The notes: generated from the letters alone by a model not told the origin. A stretch of 64,000 bases of DNA from Acidimicrobiales bacterium (GCA_035263165.1 DATFRN010000450.1:17152-81151), one strand, 5' to 3'. Positions 34,261-46,703 are shown, counted from the first letter of the stretch. A program made the numbers and translations.

Positions 34261-35077
34261 CCGCGAACGGGCCGGATTCAACCAGCGAGTCCTGACCGGG
34301 CTGCTCGACGACGGGCTGCTGCGCCGGGACATGTCGGTGCTGGTCTCGTGCGGGGGCGACACCGACCGCGAGGTCCTCCAGGCCTGCGGGTTCGCCGACG
34401 TCACGATCACCAACGTCGACGCCAGCGGCGAGGACGACCGCTACGCCCCCTACGCCTGGGCCTACCAGGACGCCGAGGCGCTGACGGCCGACGACGAGTC
34501 CTACGACGTAGCCCTGGTCAGCGCCGGCCTCCACCACTGCCACTCGCCCCACCGGGCGCTGCTCGAGCTGTACCGGGTGGCCCGGGTGGCCGCGGTGGTG
34601 TTCGAGGCGGCCGACAGCGCGCTGATGCGGGCGGCGGTGCGGGCGTCGCTGGCCGCCGACTACGAGGTCAGCGCCGTCGCCCACCAGAGCCTGCGGGGCG
34701 GGGGCGTGGCCAACTCCGAGGTGCCCAACTTCGTCTACCGGTGGACGCCACGGGAGGTCGAGAAGACCGTCGCCTCCTACGCCCCCCACGCCCGCCACCG
34801 CATCCACTACTTCCACGACCTGGAGCTGCCGTCGTCGCTGCTCCAGCTCGAGCGCACCTCGACCCGGGGCCGGCTGGTCCGGGCGGCCCGGCCGTTCGTC
34901 ACCGGTCTGGCCCGGGTGTTCCCCAGCCAGGCCAACCTGCTCGGGTTCGTGATCTGCAAGCCCCGGCTGCCCGAGGACCTCCAGCCGTGGATGACGCTGG
35001 TCGACGGGCGGCCCGCCCCCGACGCCGCCGCCATCGGCGAGCGCTACCGCATCGGCGGCGACATCGACGTCGGCTGA
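34253..35077 (+). CDS. Putative class I SAM-dependent methyltransferase
   Basis: VLVSCGGDTDREVL...DVTITNVD...YDVALVSAGLHH resembles motifs I to III. GTG 34253 overlaps the upstream gene by 8 nt. Confidence 0.55.
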   Translation: MLDRERAGFNQRVLTGLLDDGLLRRDMSVLVSCGGDTDREVLQACGFADVTITNVDASGEDDRYAPYAWAYQDAEALTADDESYDVALVSAGLHHCHSPHRALLELYRVARVAAVVFEAADSALMRAAVRASLAADYEVSAVAHQSLRGGGVANSEVPNFVYRWTPREVEKTVASYAPHARHRIHYFHDLELPSSLLQLERTSTRGRLVRAARPFVTGLARVFPSQANLLGFVICKPRLPEDLQPWMTLVDGRPAPDAAAIGERYRIGGDIDVG

Positions 35078-35176
35078 CCGAAATCGCCGGGCCCCCGGCC
35101 GGCGGCCCGGTACCATCGCCGCCATGTCACGCGAGCTGTCCTGGCGTGCGGAGGCCACCCGCCTCAACGGCTGATT

Positions 35177-35211
35177 CCGCCGCTTCCTGACTGCGTCGAA
35201 GGAAGCGGCGG
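35177..35211 (+). promoter_or_regulatory. Stem-loop in the 5' leader of the GTPase gene
   Basis: CCGCCGCTTCC, 13-nt loop, GGAAGCGGCGG. It sits directly after a 16-codon mini-ORF (35124-35174) and 65 nt before ATG 35276. Confidence 0.3.
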
Positions 35212-35275
35212 GTGGCACGGCGCGCCGGTGTGGCGCGCGGCGATGCTCCCGCCCCGAGCGTGAAGGAGCGTCGCG

Positions 35276-36208
35276 ATGCCGATGCCGCATCGGACCTTTC
35301 GCCAGGTCATCAAGCGCCGCCTCGTGGGCAAGGAGGGGTCGGCGCGCACCCGGGAGCTGCGGGCGATCCTCGCCGAGCTGCCCGACTACCGCAACGGCCC
35401 CTACGCCGACCTGCGCAAGTGGGTCAACGGCCAGCTGGTCGAGACCGACCGGCGCACCGGCGCCACCCACCGGGACTCGATCGCCGTCCGCCGCCAGGGC
35501 GCGGCCCAGGTGGCCGTGGTCGGCGCGCCCAACGCCGGCAAGTCCAGCCTGCTCCAGGCCCTGTCGGACGTGCAGATCCGCACGGGGGACTACGCGTTCA
35601 CCACCACCCGGCCGGTGCCGGCCGTGATCCGGGCCGGGGGTGTACTCCTGCAGCTGGTCGAGATCCCCGGCCTCATCGCCGGGGCGGCCGAGGGCCGGGG
35701 CGGGGGCCGGGCGCTGCTGAGCGTGCTGCGCACGGCCGACGCCATGGTCCTGTGCCACGACCTGTCCCGGCCGCCCGCCGAGCTCGACGGGCTGCGGGCC
35801 GAGCTGGCCGCGGCCGCCATCGACCTGCCCACGCTGGTGGCCGGCACCCGGGCCGACGAGGCGGCACCGGGCGCGGCCGACCGGCTACGCCGCCACCTGG
35901 GCGACCTGCCGGTCGTCGAGGTGTCGGTCCTCGACGACGCCGCGCTCGACGCCCTGCGGGACGCCGTGTGGGGCCTCACCGGGCTGGTGCGCATCCATCT
36001 GCGCCACCAGGGCGAGACCACCCCCGAGCCGGTGGCGCTGCCGCCGCCGGTCACCGTGGCCGACGTGGCCCTGGCCATCCACAAGGACCTGGGCCGCCGG
36101 TGCCGGGGCGCCCGCCTGTGGGGCGGCTCGGCCCGCTTCGCCGGCCAGCGCGTCGGTCCCGCCCACCCGCTGGAGGACGGCGACACGGTCGAGATCGTGG
36201 AGGCGTGA
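35276..36208 (+). CDS. OBG/DRG-like GTPase with a C-terminal TGS domain
   Basis: GAAGGAG lies 8 nt upstream of the start. G1 is GAPNAGKSS and G3 is VEIPG. The C-terminal region is VTVADVALAIHKDLG...GQRVGPAHPLEDGDTVEIV. I saw no canonical NKxD; the sequence reads GTRAD. Confidence 0.8.
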   Translation: MPMPHRTFRQVIKRRLVGKEGSARTRELRAILAELPDYRNGPYADLRKWVNGQLVETDRRTGATHRDSIAVRRQGAAQVAVVGAPNAGKSSLLQALSDVQIRTGDYAFTTTRPVPAVIRAGGVLLQLVEIPGLIAGAAEGRGGGRALLSVLRTADAMVLCHDLSRPPAELDGLRAELAAAAIDLPTLVAGTRADEAAPGAADRLRRHLGDLPVVEVSVLDDAALDALRDAVWGLTGLVRIHLRHQGETTPEPVALPPPVTVADVALAIHKDLGRRCRGARLWGGSARFAGQRVGPAHPLEDGDTVEIVEA

Positions 36209-36217
36209 CCCCGGGCG

Positions 36218-37090
36218 CTAGCGCCAGTCGAGCCGCTCGAGGATGGCCTCGTCGCCCTGGTAGGGCTCGGTGGCGCGGGGCCAGTGGACCACCAGGTCGG
36301 TGACCCCGGCCGCGCCGTAGGCGTCGACCGCCTCGCGGAAGGCGGCCGGGGACGCCAGGCACTCGTCCAGGCGGGGGCCGGCGAGGACCAGGCGGTCGAG
36401 CGTCGCCGGGTCGCGGCCCTCGGCGGCGCAGATGTCGGCCAGCTCGGCCCACTGGCGGGCCACCACCGCCGCGCCCGCCTCGGGGCCGAGGGCCGGACCG
36501 GTGTGGTCGCGGTCGCCGTTGGTGACCCACACGTCGCCGTGGCGGGCCACGACCCGCATCCCCCGGGGCCGGGTGGCGGCCACGGCGAAGGGCAGGCGGG
36601 GCCGCTGCACGCAGCCCGGGTAGGTGCGGGCCTCGTCGGCCCGCCACCACCGCCCGTCGTAGCTGACCTCGGGCTCCCGCAGCAGCCGGTCGAGCATGTC
36701 GACGAACTCGGCGAAGCGGGCGGCCCGCTCCCCCGGGCTCCACGGCGGCTCGCCGAGGATCGTCGTGTCGAACCCCAGCCCGCCCGACCCGATCCCGAGC
36801 GTGATGCGGCCGCCGCTGATGTCGTCCAGGCTGATCAGCTCGCGGGCGAAGGGCACGGGGTGGCGGAAGGTGGGCGAGGCCACCAGCGTGCCGAGGCGGA
36901 TGGTGCTCGTGACCGCGGCGGCCGCCGCCAGCGTGGGCACGGCGCCGAACCAGGTGGCGTCGCGCAGCGACCGCCAGGCCAGGTGGTCGTAGGTCCAGGC
37001 GTGGTCGAAGCCGAGCCGCTCGGCCCGCCGCCACCGCCCGGCGGCGGTCGCCCAGCGGTCGTCGGGCATGATCAGGACGCCGACCCGCAT
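36218..37090 (-). CDS. LLM-class (luciferase-like, probably F420-dependent) oxidoreductase
   Basis: From ATG 37090: MRVGVLIMPDDRW...FDHAWTYDHL...RITLGIGSGG. The ATG overlaps the upstream stop (TGATG). Confidence 0.85.
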   Translation of the reverse strand: MRVGVLIMPDDRWATAAGRWRRAERLGFDHAWTYDHLAWRSLRDATWFGAVPTLAAAAAVTSTIRLGTLVASPTFRHPVPFARELISLDDISGGRITLGIGSGGLGFDTTILGEPPWSPGERAARFAEFVDMLDRLLREPEVSYDGRWWRADEARTYPGCVQRPRLPFAVAATRPRGMRVVARHGDVWVTNGDRDHTGPALGPEAGAAVVARQWAELADICAAEGRDPATLDRLVLAGPRLDECLASPAAFREAVDAYGAAGVTDLVVHWPRATEPYQGDEAILERLDWR

Positions 37091-37968
37091 CAGAACACCG
37101 GCTCCTCCCACCAGGGGTAGCCGGCGGGAAGGTCGGCCGGCACCCGGCCGGGGAACTCCGGCGCCCGCTTCTCCAGGAAGCTGGTCACGCCCTCCCGCAC
37201 GTCGGCGCCCCGGCCGAGGGCGTCGATGAAGGCCGAGTCGACCCGGTGGGCCGACATCGGGTGGGGCTCGCCCAGCATGTGCCAGAGCATGGCCCGGGTG
37301 AGCGTGACCGAGACCGCCGACGTGGTCGACGCGATCTCCCCGGCCAGGGCCCGGGCCGCGGGCAGCAGGTCGTCGGGCTCGTGGACGGAGCGCACCAGCC
37401 CGGCGGCCAGCGCCTCGTCGGCCCCGAACACCCGGCCGGTGGCGCACCACTCCATGGCCCGGCTGATGCCGACCACCCGGGGCAGGAACCACGACGAGCA
37501 GGCCTCGGGCACCAGGCCCCGCCGGGCGAAGACGAAGCCGAAGCGGGCGGTGCTCGACGCCAGGCGCACGTCGAAGGGCAGGGTCATGGTCACGCCCACG
37601 CCCACCGAGGGCCCGTTGATCGCCCCGATCACCGGCTTGGTGCAGGCGAAGAAGCGCAGCGCCACCAGGCCGCCCTCGTCCCGCCGCCGGCCGTCGGGCA
37701 TGCGCACGGCACCGTCGGCGCCGGGCTCCGGTGCCCGCCGGGCGTCGAACGTGTCGCCGCCCGCGGCCAGGTCGGCCCCGGCGCAGAAGCCCCGCCCCCG
37801 GCCGGTCACGATGACGGCCCGGACGCCGGGGTCGCCGTCCACCTCGTCGAGCGCCGCGACCAGCTCGCGGTGCATGGTCGGGGTGAAGGCGTTGAGGCGG
37901 TCGGGGCGGTCGAGCGTGATGGTGGCCACGCCCCCGTCCACCCGGTAGTCGATCTGGGTGTAGGTCAC
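37090..37968 (-). CDS. Enoyl-CoA hydratase/isomerase family protein
   Basis: GVATITLDRPDRLNAF, GRGFCAGADL, INGPSVGVGVTM. Confidence 0.9.
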   Translation of the reverse strand: MTYTQIDYRVDGGVATITLDRPDRLNAFTPTMHRELVAALDEVDGDPGVRAVIVTGRGRGFCAGADLAAGGDTFDARRAPEPGADGAVRMPDGRRRDEGGLVALRFFACTKPVIGAINGPSVGVGVTMTLPFDVRLASSTARFGFVFARRGLVPEACSSWFLPRVVGISRAMEWCATGRVFGADEALAAGLVRSVHEPDDLLPAARALAGEIASTTSAVSVTLTRAMLWHMLGEPHPMSAHRVDSAFIDALGRGADVREGVTSFLEKRAPEFPGRVPADLPAGYPWWEEPVF

Positions 37969-38010
37969 GGCGCCGACCCTAGGGACCGGCCTGCCCTCCC
38001 GGGCAACCCG

Positions 38011-40034
38011 TCACCAGGCCAGCCGGTCGGCCAGCCCCGCGGGCTCGACGGCGGGCCGGCGCCCGGCCGCCAACCAGGCGCCGGCCACGGCCACCAGCGG
38101 CACCGCCACGGTCACGGCCAGGAGGACCGGCGGCACCACGAACGGGATCGGCGGCAGGTCGAAGGGGTCGCCCCGCCGGCCGGTGGCGTTGTAGGCGTCG
38201 ATGCCGGCGTGCACGGCGGCCAGCCCCACCGCCGTGCCGGCGGGCACGGCCACCAGGGACAGGACCGCGGCCTGCCACGCCGCCACCCGGCGCAGCACCG
38301 TCGCCGGGGCGCCGACCACCTCGAGCAGGTCCTCCTCGGCCCGGCCGGTGAGCGCGGCCAGCCGCAGAGCGATGAACAGAGCCACCAGCGACACCAGGGC
38401 GACCAGCCCGGCCCCGACCCGCACGTCGGTCGGGGTCTGGACGGCGACCGCGCCGCTGCCGTCGAGGCGCCCGTCCGCGAACAGGTTCACGACGGGGGCG
38501 TCGCCCGTCTCGGCGCGGAGCGTGAGAGTGACCCCGTGGGGCGTGACGTGCGGCGTCGCGTGGACGAGCGCCAGGAGCCGGTTCAGGTCGGCCCTCCGGG
38601 CCCGGCCCGGCAGGCCGACCACGAGGCCGTCGGCCAGCCGGCCGGCTCGCTCGGGCCCGACGGCGCCGGTGGCCCGCCACCAGGTGGCGGCGACGTCGGG
38701 CGCGAGCAGCACGGCGGGCAGGTCGCGCGGGACGCGGCGTGACTGGACCACCACCGCCGGCAGGCTCACGTTCCCCGGCGCATCGCCGGGGGCCGGGTCG
38801 AGCCCGATCGGCGCCAGCTCGACCCGGCCGCCGCGCACCACGGTGGGGTCGAGCGCCAGAGCTCGGCCGACGACCAGATCGCCGGCGCGGCGTTCGAGGC
38901 CGAGCGCGGCCAACAGTTCGGGCGTGGCCACCCCCACCGACCGGGGGGCCGGGACGGTGGGATCGCCGACGGCGGTGGCCGGCACGGCCAGCACCCGCCC
39001 CAGGTGGGCGCCGGGGAACGCGGCCCGGACCCGGGTCACCAGCCCGTCGGGGACCGTCCCGCTCCGGGCCTCGTCGGCCACGAAGTCCGGCAGCCGCCGG
39101 GACAGCCACGAGGTGCTCGGGTCGGCGTTCACGAGCAGCTGGTCGGAGCCCAGCCCGGTGGTGAACTGGTAGCGGGCCGTGAGCCGCGCCCGGCGATCCT
39201 CCTCCCGCCGGGCCAGGCCCAGGCCGAGCACCGCGTTGACGGTCACCACCAGGGCGGCGCACGCGCCGAGCGCAGCCGCAGGGGAGACGAGCCGGCGGCG
39301 CCGGGCCAGCAGGGCCCCGGCCAGCGGGGTGGCCGTGCCGGGCAGGCGGGCCAGCGCCCCGGCCGCTCCGTCGACGATCACCGGCACCGCCAGCAGCAGC
39401 CCGCCGGCCGCCAGGGCCAGCGCCGGCCAGAGGAGGAGGTCGAGCATGAAGAAGTCGCTCGCCGACGCGCCCAGCCCGGCGGCCACCACGACGGCGGCCC
39501 CGCCCGCCAGCAGAAGGGCGAGGCGGGCCGCCAGCGGCCGCACGCCGCTGCGGGGGCCAGGCCCCTGGGCGTCGAGCACGGTGACCGTGCGCCGCAGCCG
39601 CCCGACGACCAGGCCGAGCGCCGCCGGCACGAGCGTGGCCGTCGCCACGGTCGCCCCGACCGCCACGCCCCCCGAGCCGAGCGCCCGGCCGGCGAGGGCG
39701 CCGAGCGCCAGCCCGGGCCCGAGGGCGGCCAGGCCGACCATCACGGCCTCGGCCGCCACCGTCAGCCGCCGCTGGCGGGGCCGAGCGCCGAGCAGGTGGA
39801 CGACCGCCGCGGCCCGCAGCTGTCGGCGGTCGACGGCGGCCCCGGTGGCCGCGGCGACCACGGCGGCCAGCACGACGCCGTTGGTGACGCAGGCGTCGGC
39901 GTAACGCCCGGCCGAGCCGCTGCCGGCCACCAGGCCCAGCGCCGCCGCCATCCCGCCCACCGCGGTGAGGGTGCGGGCCGGGCTGACCGCCAGGCCGGCC
40001 CTGGCCACCGACACGCTGGTGGCCACCGTGCCGG

Positions 40035-40038
<4 letters not shown>
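38011..40038 (-). CDS. Large FtsX-like ABC transporter permease
   Basis: 675 aa from GTG 40038 (GTGA overlap with the ATPase stop). It has N- and C-terminal TM bundles and a large central extracytoplasmic region. The assignment is by context and topology only. Confidence 0.65.
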
Positions 40039-40729
<691 letters not shown>

Positions 40730-40733
<4 letters not shown>

Positions 40734-41254
40734 GGGGTGCTCCTTCCGCCGGAGAGCCGGTCGACGCACAGGTCGAGCCAGCGCAGGTCGGCCTCGACCC
40801 GCACGGCCTGGGCGTCGGCGACCAGGCGCGCCGCCAGGTCGTCGCCGCCGGCCCGCTGATCGCGCCGCAGGTCGTGCAGGGTGGACAGCAGCTGGTGGCG
40901 CTGGGCGTCGATCAGGGCCAGGGCGGTGGTCGGGCCGCGCCGGGCGGCCAGCAGCACCTTCATCACCAGCTCGTCGCGGGGCGGGCTGTCGCTGCCGATC
41001 GGCGCCCGCAGCCAGGCCTCGACCTCGGCGCGCCCGGCGCCCGTGAGCCGGTAGGGGCGGCGCCGCTCGTCGTCGCCGGCCCCGGGGTCGGGCTCGACCA
41101 GCCCGTCGCGCGCCAGGCGCTCGAGCGTCGTGTAGATCTGGCCGGTGTTGAGCCGCCACAGCTCGCCGGTCGACGCCTCGAACGCCGCCTTGAGCTCGTA
41201 CCCGTGCCGGGGCCGCTCGGCCAGCAGGGTCAGCAACCCCTCCCGCACCGCCAT
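40730..41254 (-). CDS. PadR family transcriptional regulator
   Basis: LLTLLAERPRHGYELKAAFEASTGELWRLNTGQIYTTLERLARDGLV. Confidence 0.9.
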
Positions 41255-41271
41255 GCGGGCACCATCGCGCC

Positions 41272-41302
41272 TGACTACTCGGTAGTCAATACTCGGTAGT
41301 CA
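41272..41302. promoter_or_regulatory. Candidate PadR operator: a palindrome plus a direct copy upstream of the padR-ABC operon
   Basis: TGACTAC-tcg-GTAGTCA (41272-41288). ACTCGGTAGTCA occurs again at 41291-41302, one helical turn plus (14 nt) after its first copy at 41277-41288. The site lies 18-48 nt upstream of the padR ATG (41254) and is AT-richer than its surroundings. Confidence 0.5.
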
Positions 41303-41304
41303 GT

Positions 41305-41901
41305 TCAGCCCTCCGGGGGCGGGCGGCGCTCCAGCGCGGCCTCGAACACCGCGGCCACGTCGTCGGCGTAGGCGCTGGTGACCTCCAGGCCCAGCTGGAC
41401 GACCGACATGAGCAGCGACATCACCAGGGCGACCATGCCGTTGGCCATCGAGGCCGGGTCGATGTCGGGGCGGATGGTGCCGGCCAACTGCTCGGCGGCC
41501 ATGCGCTCGGCGCACACCTTGCGCAGCTCGGCCAGGACCGGGATGTCGAGCACGCGGCTGGTGACCTCGGGCTCGAGCCCGGCCAGCAGCCGGCGGGCGA
41601 GGGGGTGGCGGTCGACGGCCAACACCAGGGTCTCCAGCAGCGTCTGGCGCCAGTCGGGCAGGCCGGGCTGCTCGAACACGCCCGACAGCGCCTCGTGGAT
41701 GACGCCGGCGGCGTCCTCGTCGGCGGCCGCCAGGAACAGCGCCTCCTTGTTGGGGAAGTAGGCGTAGGGCACGGTGCCGCCGACCCCGGCGGCGCGGGCG
41801 ATGTCGGCCACCGACGTGGCCCGGTAGCCGTCGCTGCCGAAGCGGGTGATGGCGGCGTCGAGGATCTCCCGCCGCGTCTGCTCCCCCTTGCCCATGGTCA
41901 C
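41305..41901 (-). CDS. TetR/AcrR family transcriptional regulator
   Basis: TRREILDAAITRFGSDGYRATSVADIARAAGVGGTVPYAYFPNKEALF. Confidence 0.9.
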   Translation of the reverse strand: MTMGKGEQTRREILDAAITRFGSDGYRATSVADIARAAGVGGTVPYAYFPNKEALFLAAADEDAAGVIHEALSGVFEQPGLPDWRQTLLETLVLAVDRHPLARRLLAGLEPEVTSRVLDIPVLAELRKVCAERMAAEQLAGTIRPDIDPASMANGMVALVMSLLMSVVQLGLEVTSAYADDVAAVFEAALERRPPPEG

Positions 41902-41970
41902 ATCCTACCGGTAAGCCAAGCCTGAATTGAGTAGTTGAGCGAATCTCTCAGATCATGCTACCCTGACGGC

Positions 41971-42849
41971 GTGCCCCAGACCAGCAACGCCGATCGCACG
42001 GTCCCCACCCGGCGCATCTCCTTCGAGGCGTCGCTGCGCGACCTGCCCAAGCACTTCGCCGCCGACGGCGACATCATCCTCAGCCACCTGACCGCCACCC
42101 TCTCCGGCCTGTTCCCCGACGGCGAGGACTTCTTCGTCCGCTCCGTGCGTCACTACCGCGACCGCATCGAGGACCCCGACCTGCGCCGCCAGGTCGCCGG
42201 CTTCATCGGCCAGGAGGCGGTCCACGGCCGCGAGCACCGGGTCCTCAACGACCGCCTGGCCGAGCTCGGCTACCCCACCAAGCGCATAGAGCGCTTCACC
42301 CGGTGGGGGCTCGAGACCCGTGAGCGGATCGCCCCCGCCGCGGCCAACCTGGCCGCCACCGCCGCCCTCGAGCACTTCACCGCCACGCTGGCCGAGGTGC
42401 TGCTGTCCGACCCCGACGCCCGCGAGCTGTTCGGCCACGACGAGGTGCGCAACCTGTTCCTCTGGCACGCGCTCGAGGAGTCCGAGCACAAGGCCGTCGC
42501 CTTCGACGTCTACAAGGCCGTGGGCGGCAGCGAGCGCATGCGGGTGTGGACCATGCAGGGCCTGCGCTTCGGTTTCGTGGCCGTCCTGGCGGTCCAGGTG
42601 ACGATCTCGATCCTCGGCGACCGCGACGCCTGGCGGCCGGGCCGGCTGCGCCGCAGCTGGCGCACGTTCCGCCGCTCGCCCATCGCCACCCGGGCCGTGT
42701 GGGACCGGCTGCACGACTACTGCCGCCCCGACTTCCACCCCGACGACTGGGACGCCACCGAGCTGGTGGCCCGGTGGCGGGGTGAGCTGTTCGGCGAACA
42801 TGGCACGCTGAATGACAAAATTGCGTCGCCGTCGACACCCGCCGCCTGA
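41971..42849 (+). CDS. Metal-dependent hydrolase family protein (PF10118-like)
   Basis: FIGQEAVHGREH, ALEHFTA, WHALEESEHKAVAFDV. GTG 41971 is preferred; the track start at 41935 is TTG. Confidence 0.7.
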   Translation: MPQTSNADRTVPTRRISFEASLRDLPKHFAADGDIILSHLTATLSGLFPDGEDFFVRSVRHYRDRIEDPDLRRQVAGFIGQEAVHGREHRVLNDRLAELGYPTKRIERFTRWGLETRERIAPAAANLAATAALEHFTATLAEVLLSDPDARELFGHDEVRNLFLWHALEESEHKAVAFDVYKAVGGSERMRVWTMQGLRFGFVAVLAVQVTISILGDRDAWRPGRLRRSWRTFRRSPIATRAVWDRLHDYCRPDFHPDDWDATELVARWRGELFGEHGTLNDKIASPSTPAA

Positions 42850-42858
42850 GAGGACCGC

Positions 42859-44388
<1,530 letters not shown>

Positions 44389-44430
44389 CTGCCCGATGCG
44401 CCGGTGACGGGCGCGTCGTACAACGGACCC

Positions 44431-45660
44431 ATGACCGACCTCGACCTCCCCTGGGGCGGCTGGGACGCGGCCACCCGCGACGACCCCTGGGCCCTGTTCG
44501 CCTCCGTGCGGGCGGCCAGCCCGGTGTGCCCGGTGCGGCTGGCCGACGGGCACGACGCCTGGCTGGTGGCCGGCCACGACGCCGCCCGCCGGGCGCTCAA
44601 CGACCCGGCCCTGTCCAAGGACATGCTGGCCGCGCTGGCCGGCGACCCCGACGTGGTGGCCGAGGGCCTGCCCGGCCCCGCCTTCGCCCGCCACATGCTG
44701 GCCGTCGACCCGCCGGACCACACCCGGCTGCGGCGGCTGGTGGCCCGGGCGTTCGTCCCGTCCCGCGTCGCCGCCCTGGAGCCGGCCATCTCGGCGCTGG
44801 CCGCGGGTCTGCTCGACGACCTGGCCGCCGCCGGCGCCGGCGGGGCGCCGGTCGACCTGGTGGCCGGGTTCGCCCTCCCGCTGCCCTACCGGGTGATCAG
44901 CGAGATGCTGGGCGTGCCCGAGCCGGCCCGGACCGAGCTCTACGGGGCGTTCCGGACGCTGCTGGCGCCGTGGGCGGGCGACCCCCCGCCCGAGGCGTTG
45001 GTTGCGTCGGCCACGATCGTCGGCCACCTGGAGGCGCTGGTCGACGCCAAGCGGGACGCCCCCGGCGACGACCTGGTCAGCGTGCTGGTGGCGGCGAGCG
45101 ACGACGGCGACCGCCTGACCCGCCGGGAGCTGCTGTCGAGCGTGTTCCAGCTGTACGTCGCCGGCCACGACACCACGACCAGCCTCATCGGCAACGGGGT
45201 GGTCGCCCTGCTCGCCCACCCCGACCAGCTCGCCGGGCTGGTGGCGGACCCGGCGGGCTGGCCGGCGGCGGTCGAGGAGCTGGTGCGCTACGACGCCCCG
45301 GTCCCCCACGCCACCTTCCGGGTGACGACCCGGCCGGTCGACGTGGGCGGGGTCGAGATCCCGGCCGGGCGCCAGGTCCTCGTCTGCCTGGCTGCCGCCA
45401 ACCGGGATCCCGACCACCACCCGACCCCGGACGCCCTGGACGTGGCGCGGGCGCCGCAGCCGCACCTGGGCTTCGGCCACGGCATCCACTTCTGCCTGGG
45501 CGCCCCGCTGGCCCGCCTCCAGGCCCGCATCGCCTTCGCCGCCCTGTTCGGCCGGTTCCCCGGCCTCCGCCTGGCGGTCCCCCGCCGGGCCCTGGCCTGG
45601 AGCCACGGCGACGGGCTGGTCCTGCGGGGCCTGGACGCCCTGCCGGTGGTGCTGGGTTAG
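44431..45660 (+). CDS. Cytochrome P450
   Basis: AGHDTT (I-helix), EELVRY (ExxR), heme loop FGHGIHFCLGAPLA. GTG 44404 is an alternative start. Confidence 0.9.
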   Translation: MTDLDLPWGGWDAATRDDPWALFASVRAASPVCPVRLADGHDAWLVAGHDAARRALNDPALSKDMLAALAGDPDVVAEGLPGPAFARHMLAVDPPDHTRLRRLVARAFVPSRVAALEPAISALAAGLLDDLAAAGAGGAPVDLVAGFALPLPYRVISEMLGVPEPARTELYGAFRTLLAPWAGDPPPEALVASATIVGHLEALVDAKRDAPGDDLVSVLVAASDDGDRLTRRELLSSVFQLYVAGHDTTTSLIGNGVVALLAHPDQLAGLVADPAGWPAAVEELVRYDAPVPHATFRVTTRPVDVGGVEIPAGRQVLVCLAAANRDPDHHPTPDALDVARAPQPHLGFGHGIHFCLGAPLARLQARIAFAALFGRFPGLRLAVPRRALAWSHGDGLVLRGLDALPVVLG

Positions 45661-46097
45661 GCGGCGAGCGCCGCCAGCAGGACCAGCACCACCGTCGTCA
45701 CGGCCAGGAGGCCGTGGAGCACGACGACGGCCACGGGGAACGCCTGCTCGGCGGTCGCCGCGGCGGGCACGGCGGCCGGCGCCGGCCCGGCGGGGACAGC
45801 TGCGACCTGCTGCCGCCGCCCGGCCAGCCACCGGAGGAAGAGCGAGAACCCGAGCAGGGCCACCGGCACCAGGATGATCAGGGCGGCCCAGGCCGCGCCC
45901 GATGAGTCGCTGGCCAGGTAGGCGAGCCAGACGACGAGGCCCGCGACGGCCAGCAGGACGTGGCCGAACACGGCGGCCGGGGGGAAGTGGGTGCTGTCGC
46001 CGGGCGACCGGAGCGCGCCCCGCGCGATCCAGGTGGCGAGGAGGACGAACCCCCCGACGGCGGTGATCAGCCAGGTGATCAGCGCGGCGATGTCCAT
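45657..46097 (-). CDS. Small integral membrane protein (4 TM)
   Basis: MDIAALITWLITAVGGFVLLATWIARG... ATG 46097 overlaps the upstream stop. Confidence 0.6.
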   Translation of the reverse strand: MDIAALITWLITAVGGFVLLATWIARGALRSPGDSTHFPPAAVFGHVLLAVAGLVVWLAYLASDSSGAAWAALIILVPVALLGFSLFLRWLAGRRQQVAAVPAGPAPAAVPAAATAEQAFPVAVVVLHGLLAVTTVVLVLLAALAA

Positions 46098-46639
46098 CAG
46101 TGATCTCCCTTGTCGGTGTAACCGGAGGACTGGGTGGCCTCGTCCGCGACGCGCACGCCGTAGCGGAAGGTCAGGCGTCCGCCCAGCCAGCCGCCCCCGC
46201 CGGCCAGCGCCAGCGCCACGGCGGACAGCACGAACGGCCCGACCGGGGTGGGCCGGGCCGAGTCGAGGTCGCCGTGGCGCAGCAGCAGCGACACGGCGAA
46301 CAGCGCGGTGGCCGTGAGGACCACGCCCATGTGGAGCAGGGCGGTGCGGAAGGCGGCGGTGCCGGTGGGCACGGCCGCCAGGTCGATCACGCCGACCGAG
46401 GCGGCCAGCAGCGCGCCGACCAGGCCGAGGGCGACCAGCCAGTAGGCCCCGGTGGCGAAGGCCCGCGCGTCGGCGCCGTTGGCGACGCGCGAGGCCACGT
46501 CGAAGCACAGGCTGGCCACCCACGCCCCGAGCGGGACGGTCACGAGGACCGGGTGGAGCGGGTGGCCGTAGGGACCGGCCAGGCCGGTGACCGGGTGCTT
46601 GGCCCGGTTCATCCGCTCCCGCACGTCTGTAACGATCAT
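46097..46639 (-). CDS. DUF2231-like membrane protein
   Basis: HPLHPVLVTVPLGAWVASLCFD plus a further 3 TM helices. Start is ATG 46639, or TTG 46642. Confidence 0.7.
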   Translation of the reverse strand: MIVTDVRERMNRAKHPVTGLAGPYGHPLHPVLVTVPLGAWVASLCFDVASRVANGADARAFATGAYWLVALGLVGALLAASVGVIDLAAVPTGTAAFRTALLHMGVVLTATALFAVSLLLRHGDLDSARPTPVGPFVLSAVALALAGGGGWLGGRLTFRYGVRVADEATQSSGYTDKGDH

Positions 46640-46642
46640 CAA

Positions 46643-46694
46643 ACTTGACTATAGAAGACCGGACCCCTGTAGCGTCAAGTATTTTCTACGGTAG
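46643..46694. promoter_or_regulatory. AT-rich divergent promoter region with inverted repeats
   Basis: ACTTGAC (46643-46649), 24-nt spacer, GTCAAGT (46674-46680), and CTACgGTAG (46686-46694). It lies between the DUF2231 gene and the HTH regulator gene. Confidence 0.35.
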
Positions 46695-46703
46695 ATTCTC
46701 GGT

